Of a stretch of DNA of 64,000 nt, positions 35,000-48,636 are shown one piece after another. Position numbers and translations under genes: made by a program. The DNA is from Chiloscyllium plagiosum. Taxonomy: Eukaryota. The stretch is taken from NCBI RefSeq assembly GCF_004010195.1, contig NC_057719.1:44625921-44689920 (forward strand), read 5' to 3'. Under the pieces are notes generated by a model, which was not told the origin of the DNA, did no database searches, and was given only the letters and a program-made list of their open reading frames with translations. Numbering within the stretch: position 1 is the stretch's first letter; every line of letters starts with the position of its first letter.

Positions 35000-35940
35000 C
35001 TATCTGGATTACAGCATTGAAACAGACCATTTAGCCCAACTGATAAATGCTCCACATGAGCCTCCTCTCAGACCTTTTCATCTAAGTCTTATTAGCTTAT
35101 CTTTCTCCTCCATTCTCCTTCAAATGCTCCTTTAGTTTCCTTTGAGCATACATTTATGCTATTCACCTAAATTACATCTTCTGATAGCAAATTCTTGATT
35201 TATTTGTGGTATCTTAGATTTGTGATCTCTGGTTTAGATTCCACAACAATTAGAAACATTTCTTTACATCTCCTCTATCAAACCCTTTCATTAATTTAAA
35301 GATATCTATCAGGTTGTTGTTCAGCCTTTGCTTCCGCACTAAGCCCCAGCCTTGTCAGACTTTCCTGATGGGTACAGTGCAGATTGAGTTTATTCTGCCT
35401 ATTGTGGCTGCATCGACTCTCTCAATGAACAATTCATTTCAAGTTGTGTTCCTGCCTTCTCTCTATAAACCTTTATTCTTCCCTTTTCAGATCTCAATCT
35501 AATTCCATTGTGAATAGTCCAATTGAACCTGGCACCACTCTAAGGTAGTGCATTCCAGACCTTAACCAATCACTGAGGGAACTTTTCTTTTCTGTTATCA
35601 TGTTTTCTTCTTTTGCCAATAATTTTAACCTCTGCCCCCTTATTCTCAATCTTTTCATGAGTGAGAACAGTTTCTCGCTATTGATTCTGTTGATCTCTTG
35701 ATTTTTGAATGTTAATTATATCTTCTTTTGGCCTCCTTTTCTGCAAAAAGCCCTAACTTCTCCAATCGATCTTCCTAACTGTAGTTCTTCATCCTCAGAA
35801 TCGTAAGTCTTTTCTACAGGTCTGAATCAGTTCTGGTATAATCTCGTAAATGTTTATAACCTGGACATCCTTTACTGTAGGGTGCAAATCAGAAATGTGC
35901 ACAATTCTCTATTATGTGCAGTCTTAAGTTTGTGTTTTTG
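35000..35940 (-). mobile_element. Several old CR1 3' fragments
   Basis: Decayed reverse-complement CR1 motifs (cagcattgaaacagaccatttagccc; tagtgcattccagacc; gaacagtttctcgctatt). Confidence 0.5.
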
Positions 35941-36501
35941 TCCTCCAGAATGAATTTTATTCTCATTTGATTGTATTAACATATCTGAGTATATTTCTTA
36001 TAACTGTAGGTTTGATGGAGGGAGTGGCTCATAAAATGCAACATGTGACCTGCATGCTGCTGACCTGCCCATCGTGACTTCTTTCATTAATTGGACACTC
36101 ATGCCCCCCTCCTCTGGGTTGCTAATTTACCTGCAGGTGTGTTGTCTGACAGAGTTTACTGTCAGGCAGTGAGAGAAGTCAGGCAAGATGGATTGACTTC
36201 TTTTGTTTGCACCTCCACAAGGTCATACTCCCCATTTGACCCTCCCTTTAATCTTCCCACCCAGCCTCTCAACACCACCACCCTCACTGTAGCCTGCTAG
36301 CCAAGGTATACCAATGCCCTGACCTACCCTGACCATAGCCTTCTTTCTGGGGACTGATTGTAGTCCCAGCAGAGGGCATCACTTCAACCTGACACTGTAG
36401 GGACTGCAGAGCTGTGGCAATTTTCTAAGGCAGGACTTGCTTCCTACATTGGGATTGAAATTTCAATCTTAGATAATTAATGTTCTGTCCCAAGCATTAT
36501 T

Positions 36502-36576
36502 TAGATTAGATTAGATTCCCTACAGTGTGGAAACAGGCCCTTTAGCCCAACAAGTCCACACCGACCCTCCAAAGAG
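36502..36576 (-). mobile_element. V-SINE/CR1 tail fragment
   Basis: (TAGAT)n followed by ccctacagtgtggaaacaggccc. Confidence 0.8.
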
Positions 36577-36809
36577 CTGCAGGGTAGCTGGGTTCCCTGG
36601 GAATGCATTCTCTGTCAATACTTTAGTGGGATGGGGTAGCAAGGTATGCCATTCGAATATTCCTGCCCTTCAATTTGGATGGGCTGAGGCAGGTGGCAAT
36701 TCATTCTGACCTTGGCAGTGTGAGGCCTTGTATATTTTAAACCCCTGTGTGCCCCAGTCAGCTGAACACCATGCGTGAGATTAATGTTGGGTGACAGGTG
36801 CCAAACCTT

Positions 36810-37114
36810 TAGAATAGATTTCCTACAGTATGGAAACAGGCCCTTTGGCCCAACAAGTCCACACTGACATTCCAAAGAGTAATGCACCCAAACCCATTCC
36901 TCTATCCTATATTTACCCCCTGACTAATGCACCTAACACTATGGGCAATTTAGCATGGCCAATTCACCTGACCGGCACATCTTTAGATTGTGGGAAGAAA
37001 CTGGAGCACCTGAAGGAATCACACGCAGACAGACAGTCGCCTAAGGCAGGAATCGAACCCTGATCCCTGGCACTATGAGGCAGCAGTGCTAACCACTGAG
37101 CCACTATGCTGCCC
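36810..37114 (-). mobile_element. V-SINE (HE1-like)
   Basis: Reverse complement of the 3281-3560 family, with A-box and B-box (gggttcgattcc). Confidence 0.9.
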
Positions 37115-38867
37115 CAAAACCTCATAACAAAGAAATGAGAAACAGTACTTAAAGAAAACCTCATAATCAAAGGAAGAGATACTCAGAGGCCTATCCTTTC
37201 ATTGTCAAGTTTGAACACCATCCCTGATGCTCCTGGCACTGTGATGAAAATAAATAATAAAACAAAAACAGATGTTTGGGCTTCTTTTGGTTCCAAAATT
37301 TGTTGTTACTCAGCCAACTTAGCACGAAAACCACAACCCTTTTACCACTCAAATCCACCGTTAACATCACAGTCAGATCACAATGCTATAATTGAAGTCC
37401 GATCTGAATATCTAAATGAAGACCATGCCCAATTTCTAATGGGTACCAGCTCAGAAATGCCTGCTCTTACCTGCTCAGAAGTGCAGGTTAATGCTAGAGG
37501 CTGGGGAATGGAGATTGGTGAGTGCTTCCCACTGACAATTCAAAATGTGTAGATTGACTATTTTCTGCCAAACAGGCAGAATTAAAACCATTCTTCCTGT
37601 TTTGTATATTTCATCACAAGAGGAATCGCTTCATGACCTGTAAACTTATATACTAGTTTAATACTAACTGGATTTTGTGGTCAGTGGCAAACAAGAGCAT
37701 TTGACACTGACATCAAAGAAAGCTGCCTACCGAGATCTACTGATGGATCTGGGATCTGAAGTAAGGTTTTCCCCTTTCCTGGTGCCAAGTCAAAGTGATG
37801 GCAGTAGATGGCTAGGCAACCAAACACACTGAAGTATTCACATGAAGAACAATTTATGAAACTAAAATCTCATAAAAGCTTTTTATTTAAATTTAAAATT
37901 TCAATAAGCAAAATAAATGATGTAATTTGATTCAAATGGAAGCTATAAGCATCCTTTTAAAATATATTTTAAAAATTTATGTTTCACCATTATGGAAAAG
38001 TTTGACATTTCACAAATATAAAATTAGCTTTACAGGGCTAATGTGCATCTTTATGAAGTTAGTATAAAATTAAACACTAAGTCACACTTCATTCAACAAG
38101 GCGTAATCTTTTCCATGGATTTTTATAGAGAGGCAAACAATGCAAAAGTGGAAATTTTCATGAGTTCGCTGATTGCTTGAATATTGCATGGAGATCTCAA
38201 CAGTACACCCTCTGGAGAGGCACAGAATCAGTAACAGCTGTCTCCAGCTTTCTGACATCCTGTGCATGTGCATGCTGCAGATGTTGTGGTCAGTTTCAGT
38301 GAAGTAATGATGGCAAGTGCTGACAGCTTCACCATCATTACCACAGCAAAATCAGAGCCAGTGTTGCCTTGAAAACCAGACAACTGTGAGATTAATTATC
38401 AATGCTACCTGTCCAGTTTATCCTTGGGAAGACTAAGGAGCTTTTGTCCAAATTGTTAGTCATTTTCCCCATAACTAACTTCTTTCTGGTAAATCATTAA
38501 TGTTAACATAGGTACGCCTTTATTCATTTTTTTGACTGGTTCAATTTGTTCTGAATACTGCAAATCCAGGTCTGAAGTTAAATATAATACTTGTCTTTGT
38601 TCCTCTTGTGGCGAGGTTACCTGGTGGGAAATGTTTAAGAACTTGCCAGTGCTGTATTCTATTAAAATAGTTCAAATGGCCTCTTTTGTTTTTCATATTT
38701 GAAGAAGAAACCAAAATGCTTCGAATGGGCATTCTCACCTGCCTAATGTAGCATGTTAAGATCATAATACATCAAAGATGATGGGGAAGATGATGGGGTA
38801 GATGCAGGTGAGTCCCATGGATATTGCCTATCCAGTTTTCACCAGGTAGGCAATGTTAAAAATTTGT

Positions 38868-39068
38868 TGCTGGAGAAGCGCAGCAGGTCAGGCAGCATCT
38901 AGGGAACAGGAGAATCGATGTTTCGGGCATTAGCCCTTCTTCAGGAATAAGGGCTAATGCCCGAAACGTCGATTCTCCTGTTCCCTAGATGCTGCCTGAC
39001 CTGCTGCGCTTCTCCAGCAACACATTTCCGTCTCTGATCTCCAGCATCTGCAGACCTCATTTTCTCTT
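38868..39068. mobile_element. Fold-back Penelope-derived element with hammerhead motif
   Basis: Inverted arms; perfect 17-bp TSD caatgttaaaaatttgt at 38851-38867 and 39069-39085. Confidence 0.9.
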
Positions 39069-39459
39069 CAATGTTAAAAATTTGTCCTATTATTTCTTAA
39101 ATTATGTTCATTGTTTTTATTCTAAAAGAAATGACAAACAATGAAGTTTTGGAAGATTTGGAAAGATTTACCACATGAAATATCCTTCATTCAATGTCAG
39201 CCTGGATATTGTGGCATACAAGCCACAGTGGAATCTAATTCTACCCTCACAACTGCAGGAGACTTGCCTTCACAGCATCTGACAAAGCTGAGAAGGTTGT
39301 TTTCTGCTGGTTCCTGATCAATCTGGCAAGCTAATCCGCCTTTACCCAACAATTCTGCAAACCATGCTGAGGCAAATTGCATATTATTTTGTAATATTGT
39401 TATATGGCTGTAAATCTAGCTGAACCCATTCTATTGTCTAAGACTGTAAAACCGTGTGT

Positions 39460-40860
39460 CATAGTAGAAATAGCTAATTTGGCCTATCAAGTCTGCTTCA
39501 TCATTCAATGAAAGTATGACTGATCTGATCATTCTCAACTCCACTTTCATGTCTTTTTTGCCATAACCTTTGATTCTCTTAATGATTAGAAATCTGTACT
39601 TAATGACATACCCTCGATAGCCCTCTGCAGTAAAGAATTTGACAGATTCACTACTTGCTGAGAGAATAAATTCCTCCTCGTCACTGTCTGTAATGGGTGC
39701 TATTTTTCTGGATTATGCCCTCTGATTCTAAACTCTCTCATAAAGGGAAACAACTTCACTGCATCTACCCTGTCAAGCCCCTTAAGAATTTTACACTTTT
39801 CAATAAGGTCTCCTCTCATTCTTCTAAACCCAAATGACCATAGACCCAACCTACAAAACCTCTCCTTGTATGAAAGATCCCTTTGTACCTGCAATTATCC
39901 TAGTAAACTTTCTTTGGACCTCTCCAATGCCAGCTTATCTTTCTTTAAACAAGGAGACCAACATTATTCTAGGTGTGGTTTTGCTGGTGTCTTGCAAATT
40001 TTAGCAAGGTGTCCCTATTTTTATATTCCATTCCCATTGAAATAAAGGCCAACGTTCCTTTTGACTTCCCTGTTACACACTGCTCTCCATCATTGCCTTT
40101 ATTCGTCCAGCTGTAAACACTACTCCCATTTACCTGCACTCGGTCCATAGCCTGCTGTGCCATAGCATTTTAAATGCTCAGCCAGATGTCTCTTAAATGT
40201 TGTGTGAGTACCTGCCCCCATTACTCCCTCAGGCACCACATTCCATATTTCTACCTCTGGGCAAAACAGAATTTTCTCATATCTCCTCTAAGCTACTGAC
40301 TCCTCATCAGAAACTTGTGCCCTCTGGTCTTATGCATGTCTGTCACGGGAAAAATATTCTCATGATCTACTCTGTCTATGCCTCTCAAAATCTTGTACAC
40401 TTCAATCAGATCTCCCCCAGTCTCTTCTGCTGCAAGGAAAACAAACCCAGTCTATCCAGGAAACCCAGTCTCTTCTCATAACTGAGAGTTTCCATCCCAG
40501 GCAACATCCTGGTGAATCTTCTCTGTAGCCCCTCCAGTGCAGTCATGTCCTTCCAAAAGTGTGACGACCACAACTGCACACAGTATTCCATCTGTTTTCC
40601 AACCAATGTTTAATAAAATTTTAACAAGACTTTCTTACTCCTATATTCTATACTCTGACTAATGAAGGCAAGTATCCCATATGCCTTCTTCACCATCCTG
40701 TCTACCTGTGTTGGTACTTTCAGGGATCTATTGAATTGTAGACCAAGGTCCCTTTGTTCCTCAGTACTCCCTAGGACCTAACATTTATTGTGTAAATCCT
40801 CCCATCAATAGACCTCCCAAAATGCAACATCTCACACTATCAGCATTAAATCCTTTGCTA
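39460..40860 (-). mobile_element. Two adjacent old CR1 3' fragments
   Basis: Minus-strand ORFs RRMRGDLIEKCKILKGLDRVD and MEYCVQLWS...LQRRFTRMLPGM. Confidence 0.8.
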
Positions 40861-40959
40861 AATTTGGGAGAAGTGAGTCATTTCTACGCTCCAATGAAAT
40901 GTTAATTGAATAAACAGTTTCTGGAAATCTGGAATTGTTCAGAAACCTTGAGATTTGTG

Positions 40960-41178
40960 AATAGACAATAGGTGCAGGAGTAGGCCATTCTGCCCTTCGA
41001 GCCTGCACCATCATTCAATCTGATCATGACTGATCATCCTTAATCAGTATCCTGTTTCTGCCTTATCTCCATAACCCTTCATTCTACTATCCTTGAGAGC
41101 TCTATCCAACTCTTTCTTAAATGAATCCAGAGACTGGGCCTCCACTGCCCTCTGGGACAGAGCATTCCACACAGCCAC
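40960..41178 (-). mobile_element. CR1 3' end fragment
   Basis: VWNALSQRAVEAQSLDSFKKELDRAL...GYG, then tail. Confidence 0.88.
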
Positions 41179-41585
41179 AAAAAAGGTTGACACAAAAAAA
41201 GTTCTGGATAAATATATTAAGGTTGAAAAACCAAATCTTTGTGTGTGGTCCAAAATTCCCTCAGTACATTTCTGGCATTCAGTCTTTTTTTGTAGCTTAC
41301 TACATTTGTAAACCTTCCTGGGATGACTGCTTTTTCTGTAGGAGTAAGAATGAGACCCAAAGAACAACGAGAATTTCTGGCAAGAACAGTCTGACCGATT
41401 GAGTATCAAATTTAATTTGAAAACAACAGACTTTACAGGAAAGCGAAATGAAAAGATTTATGCAGTAAAACCTAGTACGTGCTTCTCAGAGTTAACAGTG
41501 ATGTTCTGCCTCCAAAATTATATTTTTTTGTAATCCATTCAGAGCACATGAGTTTAGTTGGCTGGATATTGTCCGGGCCTTGCTA

Positions 41586-41745
41586 CATTTGGACAATTCA
41601 GTACCTGAGGTGTTATGAATGATGCTGAAGATTGTGCAATCATCAGTGAACATTCCCACTTCTGAATTTATGATGGAGGCAAAGTCATTGATGAGTCAGT
41701 TAAAGATGGTTGGGCTGAGGACACTAGCCTGAGAAACTCCTGCAG
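41586..41745 (-). mobile_element. Ancient LINE RT core fragment
   Basis: Minus strand reads GVSQASVLSPTIFN*LINDFASIINSEVGMFTDDCTIF. Confidence 0.7.
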
Positions 41746-43134
41746 TTCGCATGTCTGATATTATTCACATTGGACTCCATTTTGGCATCATTTTTTAATT
41801 GTTTTGCTTAATGCCTACAGGATGTCCAATAAGAGGTATACAGAATACACAGGTCATGACATCAATCAATGTTTAGCATTGATGTGAAGCCAATACTGGC
41901 AACTATCACCAATAGATGAAGACATGTTCAGCTACAACAAAGATCCCTCATTAACATTATTTAAAGTGATATTCAACTACTGAAATATTGCAGCCTGAGT
42001 GATTTTTCCTGGTGCTTGCAGCATTAATGTTGAGCATCAATTCATGCACGGTTTGAGTGTAGTGTGTTGAAAATTCCATTGGATACTTTGTCTATCTGAG
42101 GCTTCTATAACACATACATCAGCAAAGAAAGTTGAATAGGAAGGATTGATAGTAAAGGATCTATTTTTAAAAGCTTGGTAGTAGTGATGCTAAATATTTT
42201 TGGCTGAATCTACTGTTTCTTCCCTAGAACTTCACAACAGCAGTGAGGATGGTGAAAAATATAAAATAGGTCAATAAGAAATTTGTGAAGGTATTTCACA
42301 TTGAGGTTGTGTTAGAGGTACACATAAGAGACACTCCATTTTAGGATAGCAACAGGAAAGCCTGCAGTGTATACTGAAACAGACACAGAAACAGACAAAT
42401 ACACACAGATCTTACCAAAATATCTATACTATCAGAAAAAAACGTCATTAACAATTTCAGGAACGTTTCATTCCTGTGTTGTTGATGGTATGTTATTGTC
42501 CATGGTCAATTGACCACCTTTCAGTGAACATTTGGATCTGCTACCTGTATTTCCAGTAACTGTGACAATTTGAAAGTACAATTGCAGATTTTGCAATCAC
42601 AGATGACAAACAAGGCCTTATTATGTAAGTGAAGAATTGCAAGATTTTTTTGCAGCACTTCCATCGAAGTAAAATTACACTGACTCAGATTGTTAGTGTT
42701 TTTTATTGCTATTGCATGCCCCCCAAAATACAAAAAACAAAGCAGTTGTCTTCCAATGCACTAAGGAAGGAGGAAATGAATTTACTAACACTGTATTTGA
42801 TTAGGCAATTCACAAAAACTACAACTTTGGTGATGTTGAACATGTCAAATAGGGATTCAAAACATTCATAATCAAAGGTTGTCACACTAGGTCTGAAGCC
42901 AGTCACTCAACTCAAAAAGTTCATTCTGCTTTCTCTCCACAGATACTAAAAAGAGACCTGCTGAGTTTCACCAGCAATTTCTGTTTTTGTGTGTCACTCT
43001 AACTGAAAGCACTCAACAAAAGCCAGGAGTTAGACAGGCCATTGTTACTTTCAGACTTCAGAGTTACTGAATTTGAGGTGTCAACAGTAACTACCATACT
43101 TCAAATTTGACACTTGTGATCAATGGTCATTGTC

Positions 43135-43237
43135 GAGACCGTGGTGCTGGAAAAGCACAGTAGGTCAGGCAGCATCCGAGGAGCACGAAAATCGACGTTT
43201 TGGTCATAAATCCTTCACCAGGAAAGGCCAACAAAGC
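43135..43237 (-). mobile_element. Short Penelope-derived unit
   Basis: Family match; tcattgtc at 43127-43134 and 43238-43245. Confidence 0.75.
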
Positions 43238-44169
43238 TCATTGTCCTAGTAACAGGTGACCACTTGTGAAGCAGCAATGGGAGTCTCACAGAGTTGTGGC
43301 TTGTCCAATATGACTACGAGCTGCAAATCATCACATTTCATCCTCTCCAAGTCATCAAAGATCTTCCCTCCATCAAACTTGACCATCCCCCAACACTGTT
43401 GCTTTGAGCCAACCACCATCCCTCTTGATCAACTGTCAACCTAGAACTGCCAACCATCACCCTCACTCAGTTCCCCCATCAAGTTTGACCTGCTAGCTGT
43501 CACTCTAGACTCTCCCCTCATCGCCAATGACTTACCCTTGGTTCCTATGGGTCTCCTGTCCTCCAGACTGACCTCGCCCCAGTCACACTTGATCCCCCCC
43601 CTTTATCATGCTTGATTATCTTCGGTAGAGACTGGCCTTCTCTGTGTCATTCAGCTCCCTTCCTCTGCCCCACAAACCCTCTTAGGCCCACCATGCCCCA
43701 ATCACTCTCTCAGAGGCAGCCAAGCTTGACCACTCGAGATAGCTGCCACACCCTGTCCCTCGCTCAGCCACGTCCTGAGAGTCTGGGACAGCTGCCACAG
43801 CCCAGCCTCCTTTCACATGGTGCAAAACAGTGTCCAAGAAAGAAAAATAGCAGAAATCCACCAGGAAGACCATCTCACCTTCTATAACCCACCTTTAACT
43901 AGTTATGAATCTGAAACCATTTGTTCCTTGTTTACTGCTGGATTTGTCATAGAGATACAATCTAATCTGATAACCATGTGTTTTAATGACTACATGACAT
44001 GCTAATACATTAAAAATAGGTTTCTGCCACTTTCTATCAGAATCTGCAATCTGCCTTTAATCCACCACCAACTTAATATCCAACTTTCATCCTGGTGGTG
44101 GAAAGCTATAACACTATTAAAAGCTCCCACTGTCTCTTTTCCTGTTTCAAGACTCAGCATAAGGTTTCT

Positions 44170-44552
44170 TCCCGTGAGTCAATTGATAACATTTTTATCT
44201 GTGAGTTAAAAAGTTGTAGTTTGAAGTGCTATTCTATAATTCAGACTAACATTTCACTGCAATGTTGAAGGGGTTATTTCCGTCAAGAAGCAGAGACCCT
44301 TCTACTAGCTTAGCTGATGTAAAATATTTCATTCTACTCATTGAAGATGATCATGGAGAAGCTCCAGTTAACACTTCTCATCAACAACAAGAATAATTAA
44401 CTTACCGTCCATTTCGTTTCTCTGTACAAATGGACTACTGTATTTGCTTGAATAACGAGAGTGAATGCACTTCAAAAATAACTTATTAGTTACAAACTGT
44501 TTTGAAATGTCACTGAAGCCTAAGATACTATGTAAATCAAAGTTCTTTCTCT
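44170..44552 (+). mobile_element. Decayed Deu-domain SINE
   Basis: Colinear with the reverse complement of 17712-18075 (gatgtaaaatatttcattctact...tgcacttcaaaaataactt). Confidence 0.55.
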
Positions 44553-46290
44553 TAAAACAAAACATTGATAAAACCATGAGATACAAGACTAAATTAGAAG
44601 ACGTAGAATGCAAAAAGGGATTTAACTATAAATAAATACAGAATAAGTTAACAGCTAGAGAAACAAATTACACAGCTGACCAAAAGGAGAAGCCAACACG
44701 GGTAAACAGAACATAACAAATTAGGAATATATGTGTCGGTAAAAAGTGATTGAAAAAGATAAATGAAAGATAGTGGAAGTAGGAAGTAGTACCAAATTAC
44801 CGAGAGTTAGACTAGTGAGAAGGTGTTATTGAAATCGAGGAGATCCTAGCTTTGCTGGCAGAGTGATTGATTTTTAGTACAATGCACTATCACCAGCACA
44901 AGTTCAATTCCAGTACAGCCTGTGATCATCATCATCTCCAGTTGTGTCTGTGTAATGGGAGAGCAGCCTCTCTGGTTATTGAAATTTTCATTTTTCTCCT
45001 CCAGTTATCAGCCTTGCAACAATTTTTTGATACTCTGATTTCACAGGTAATGTGTATTCTAGCCTGACATTCTTGACAAGCTCATATTAATGTGAACTTA
45101 AATTTACCTGAAAGTTGATGGAAACAAAGCTTTCTTTCAAAATCATACTACTTACAATTGATTCATATTGCAAAACATGTAAATATGAGGAACTTCCTTC
45201 TCAATTCTTCAGCAAGTGAGATAAGACCAATGTACCTGGCTTAAATCTAGATGAGTAATTGGTCTGACAAACAGGTATATCATTCTATCAGTCTATATAG
45301 TCATTTATCTTGTTAAATAGACAGCCAGTTTGCCAGTGAGAACATTTCATTTATGGTCAGATTACCCAGGCACCTTGCATGATTCTGATTTATACTTGCC
45401 TGCTATCTTCAACATTATTAATAGGCATAACAATTGTGTCTTCAAATTAATTCTGAAAATGTCACATTCCTGTGACAATGAGCTTTTTCCTCTTACACTG
45501 ATATTTCTTTCTTCTTCCCCGAACTTCTGAACATGAAGAAATGTTTATAAAATACTTCTGATTTTCTGCCTCATTTGGGAAATAATTTACTCTGTCTATT
45601 GATAGAGCAGCTGATGGGATTGTGTGCTTTGTGGGTTATGTGCCCTTCTGTGTGATATCAGTTTGATAGTGGGAAAGCATTCAATTGGACAGTTGGCTGG
45701 TGCCATATTCCTGCCTCTTCCCTGAAAAGGCCATGCAGGGAAAGGCCTGCAAATTATTTTCCTGTCCTGTCTCCAAATAAAGCTCTTAAATGGCAATGAC
45801 TGTCCTTTAAAGGGTCTCATTTCAATGCCAATAGGTACTAACTTGGCACCGGGTAGGAGATTTGCTGTGATGAAAGTATGACTGACAAACCTGTGGGTGC
45901 TGGATCAGGTTCCTGACTGGTTGGGAGCAGTGCCTTGTTCAGAGGCACTTCCAGAAAAGTGGCATTGAGAGAGGGAGGGTGATCGTGACAGGTGCCTTTA
46001 ATGCCAACCCCCTTCCCTGTGATCCAGCAACATTCTCACACCTCTGACATGAGCAATACTGGCAGCAGCCACTGCCTACTCAGTGGCAGGGCCATTCAAT
46101 AGAGTTGCTAGCCTCTGATTGGCCAGCAATAATTGGTAGACAAGACGTCTGTTCCCCCAGAGACTTTGATCCCAGGGAAGGCCCACTACTGTCCAGTAAA
46201 ATGCTTGTTGGCACTTAAAAAGGAAGGTTTCCCTAAAGAGACAGAGCAAGTTCTATGCAAGACCACCATTGCCGTCTTTAAGTACTGCAA

Positions 46291-46342
46291 TGGGTGTGTG
46301 TGTGTGTGTGTGGGAGTGTGTGGGTGTGTGTGTGTGTGTGTG
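46291..46342. repeat. (GT)n microsatellite, interrupted
   Basis: Seen directly. Confidence 0.95.
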
Positions 46343-46948
46343 TAATCTGAGGCACAATCCGTGATGTGTCACAACTAGTAAATGCAGGACTTCTGCTGAT
46401 ACCAGAGTAGTGATTCTCACCTGTTATTTCACTGTTGAAGTGCACAACATTAACCCTATTTCAATTCCTCCTTCCCAAGCTCCTAATGAAAGGATTAAAA
46501 AGATTTTGAAATGTAGCTGTTTGTGCCTCTTTTTTATTCTCTTTGCACTACCTTCACCTACAGGTGAGAAAAGAACAATGATTTCCCCACTCGGGTCTGT
46601 TATACGTGCACTCAGGGCCTGATTAAATATGTTGATTCAGTTTGAAGATGTCAAAAACAGCACTGCCAGCTGCTGTTGTAGGGAGCTGGGAAGTGGAAGA
46701 TGTTGGGGAGTTGGCAGCATGCACAGAGCCATCTCATGGCTGATTCTAGCTGTTCACCTAACCAGCTCCATTGACTAAAATTATCCCTTAAATTGCCGTT
46801 GTAGTCTTATCATTGATCTTGATGTTAAATCTGTCACCTTTTCCAAAAATATCGCCTACCTCCTGAACATTTGCAGTTTTTCTGTCATGTGACCTTGACA
46901 TCCACCAGCTGTGTCATTCAGAATGCAGAATTCAGATGTTGACTGGAT

Positions 46949-47084
46949 GAAAGTGAGGACTGCAGATGCTGGAGATCAGAGTCAAGATTAGAGTGGTGCT
47001 AGGAAAGCTCAGCAGGTCAGGCAGCATCTGTGGATCAGGAAAACCGACGTTTCGGGCAGGAGCCCTTCATCAGCCCTTCATCAG
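46949..47084 (-). mobile_element. Short Penelope-derived unit with hammerhead motif
   Basis: Reverse complement CTGATGA-agggctcctgccc-GAAACGTC; the terminal cccttcatcag is duplicated. Confidence 0.82.
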
Positions 47085-48111
47085 TCCTATGATAGATGGC
47101 ACCATGTAATTCCTTATTCTTTCCTCACCCAATGTTTGCTATATCTGATCTTCTTTAATCCTTGGGTAATTTTTCTGAAGGCATTCTACCCAGAGTGCAG
47201 GCTGTTCACCTTATGCCTTTGATTTGATTCTGACATGCCTGCTCTTATTTGTCTTCCTTAACTGGCTCCAGTGCTAAAGCAGTGCTACATGTAACATTGA
47301 ATAATTAATTTTGGTCTGCCTTGCAAAATTGATCCAATTTAAAATTATCTTAAGAAATATTTCTCTGACCACAGCTGGTTAGATACAATGGCAAAGAAGC
47401 CACAGTTTTTTTTTAGATACGAGTTCGATTTGTGAAAACATTCTCATATTATATATGTTACAATCTCAATGTATTTTGATGACAGCCTATCATTTAAATT
47501 GAAATGTTGTGATGTTTCTTTCGACTAAAAATAAAATTACCATTCTACATAATGTCTGTTTGAACATGGCTGTTAGAACAAATATGCAATGTTAGTAAAA
47601 CTTTACAAAAATACATTGAAATATATAATACAAAATCTGATTCGCAATCAATGGTGCAATCCTCTAAGGGTCTGAGTGATATGGCGAAATGCGTGGCCAC
47701 AAATGTGCCAAGGCTCATCTTGATATCAAAATTATTTTGATTCATCTTTTAATCTTCTCACAAGTGATGCATGAGATTCTAGCTAGGACATGAGCAGCTG
47801 CCAATTGGAGGGATTTAGTGCTTGTTAAATGCCTCATTACTGCCACAACTCATCTTATTAATATTCAGATTTTAGTCATGCCCAAGTTGCCAAACAAATT
47901 AGACATTGGGAAAACAACAGCGGGTACCTAGCGGATTGAGCTCACCACTTGCTTGAAAAAGACCTTCATGCTAGATATTGTGCAACAACAATTCAGGGCA
48001 TGATCCAAGGGCATTGGCCACACATAGTCCTCATCTGTGGCCAATGGTATTTGGCATCTGCTAACCCATCATGATCATCCTGACACTTGGATGCATTGGC
48101 AGTATGTTCTA

Positions 48112-48636
48112 TGTTATGAACAAGGCCAGACCCCCTCAAAACACTTTAAGAAGGTAGCCCAGACCCTAACTTTTTCTTATTTTAAAGACAGATGTGAAGT
48201 GGATAATCCAGAGTGATGCCGTTGGTCAAACCACTCAGCTTTAAGCAAAATAGAATTTATTTAAACACTACAGTTGAAATATAGACAAAAGAAAGCAGAA
48301 TTTAGAGTAACTTTACTTGAAAACCCATCCGACTCAATACCACAACTTAATGAAGGAGCTGTTCCAATTCCCGTAACATCCCATAAACACGCCCCTTGGC
48401 AAGAGACAAATTCAAACTCGGGTTCTTACAGGCAGGAGAGTTATCAGAGAGAAAGCCAGTCTGCTGAAGGTTGGAACCTTTCTCCACTGCAAGCAGCGCT
48501 GATTGTTACAGCTAAACCAGACGAGAAAAATCCTGAACTGGGAGTACTGGCCACTCCCTTGCCATTGTTAAACTAGGCTCTTCCCAAACATTTCGGCACC
48601 TCTGCCTTTACAACTAAAAGTGACAGCATAATCACA
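48112..48636 (-). mobile_element. Probable solo LTR
   Basis: TGTTATG...CATAATCACA termini, tcta / tctg flanks, AATAAA on the minus strand near 48255-48260. Confidence 0.5.

Noticed and set aside
37202..37552. 116-aa ORF containing a possible phase-1/phase-1 exon (37314-37517, donor gtgagt)
   Set aside because: No recognisable domain, a weak acceptor, and the stretch resembles old MITE-like repeats. Not supportable without transcript data.
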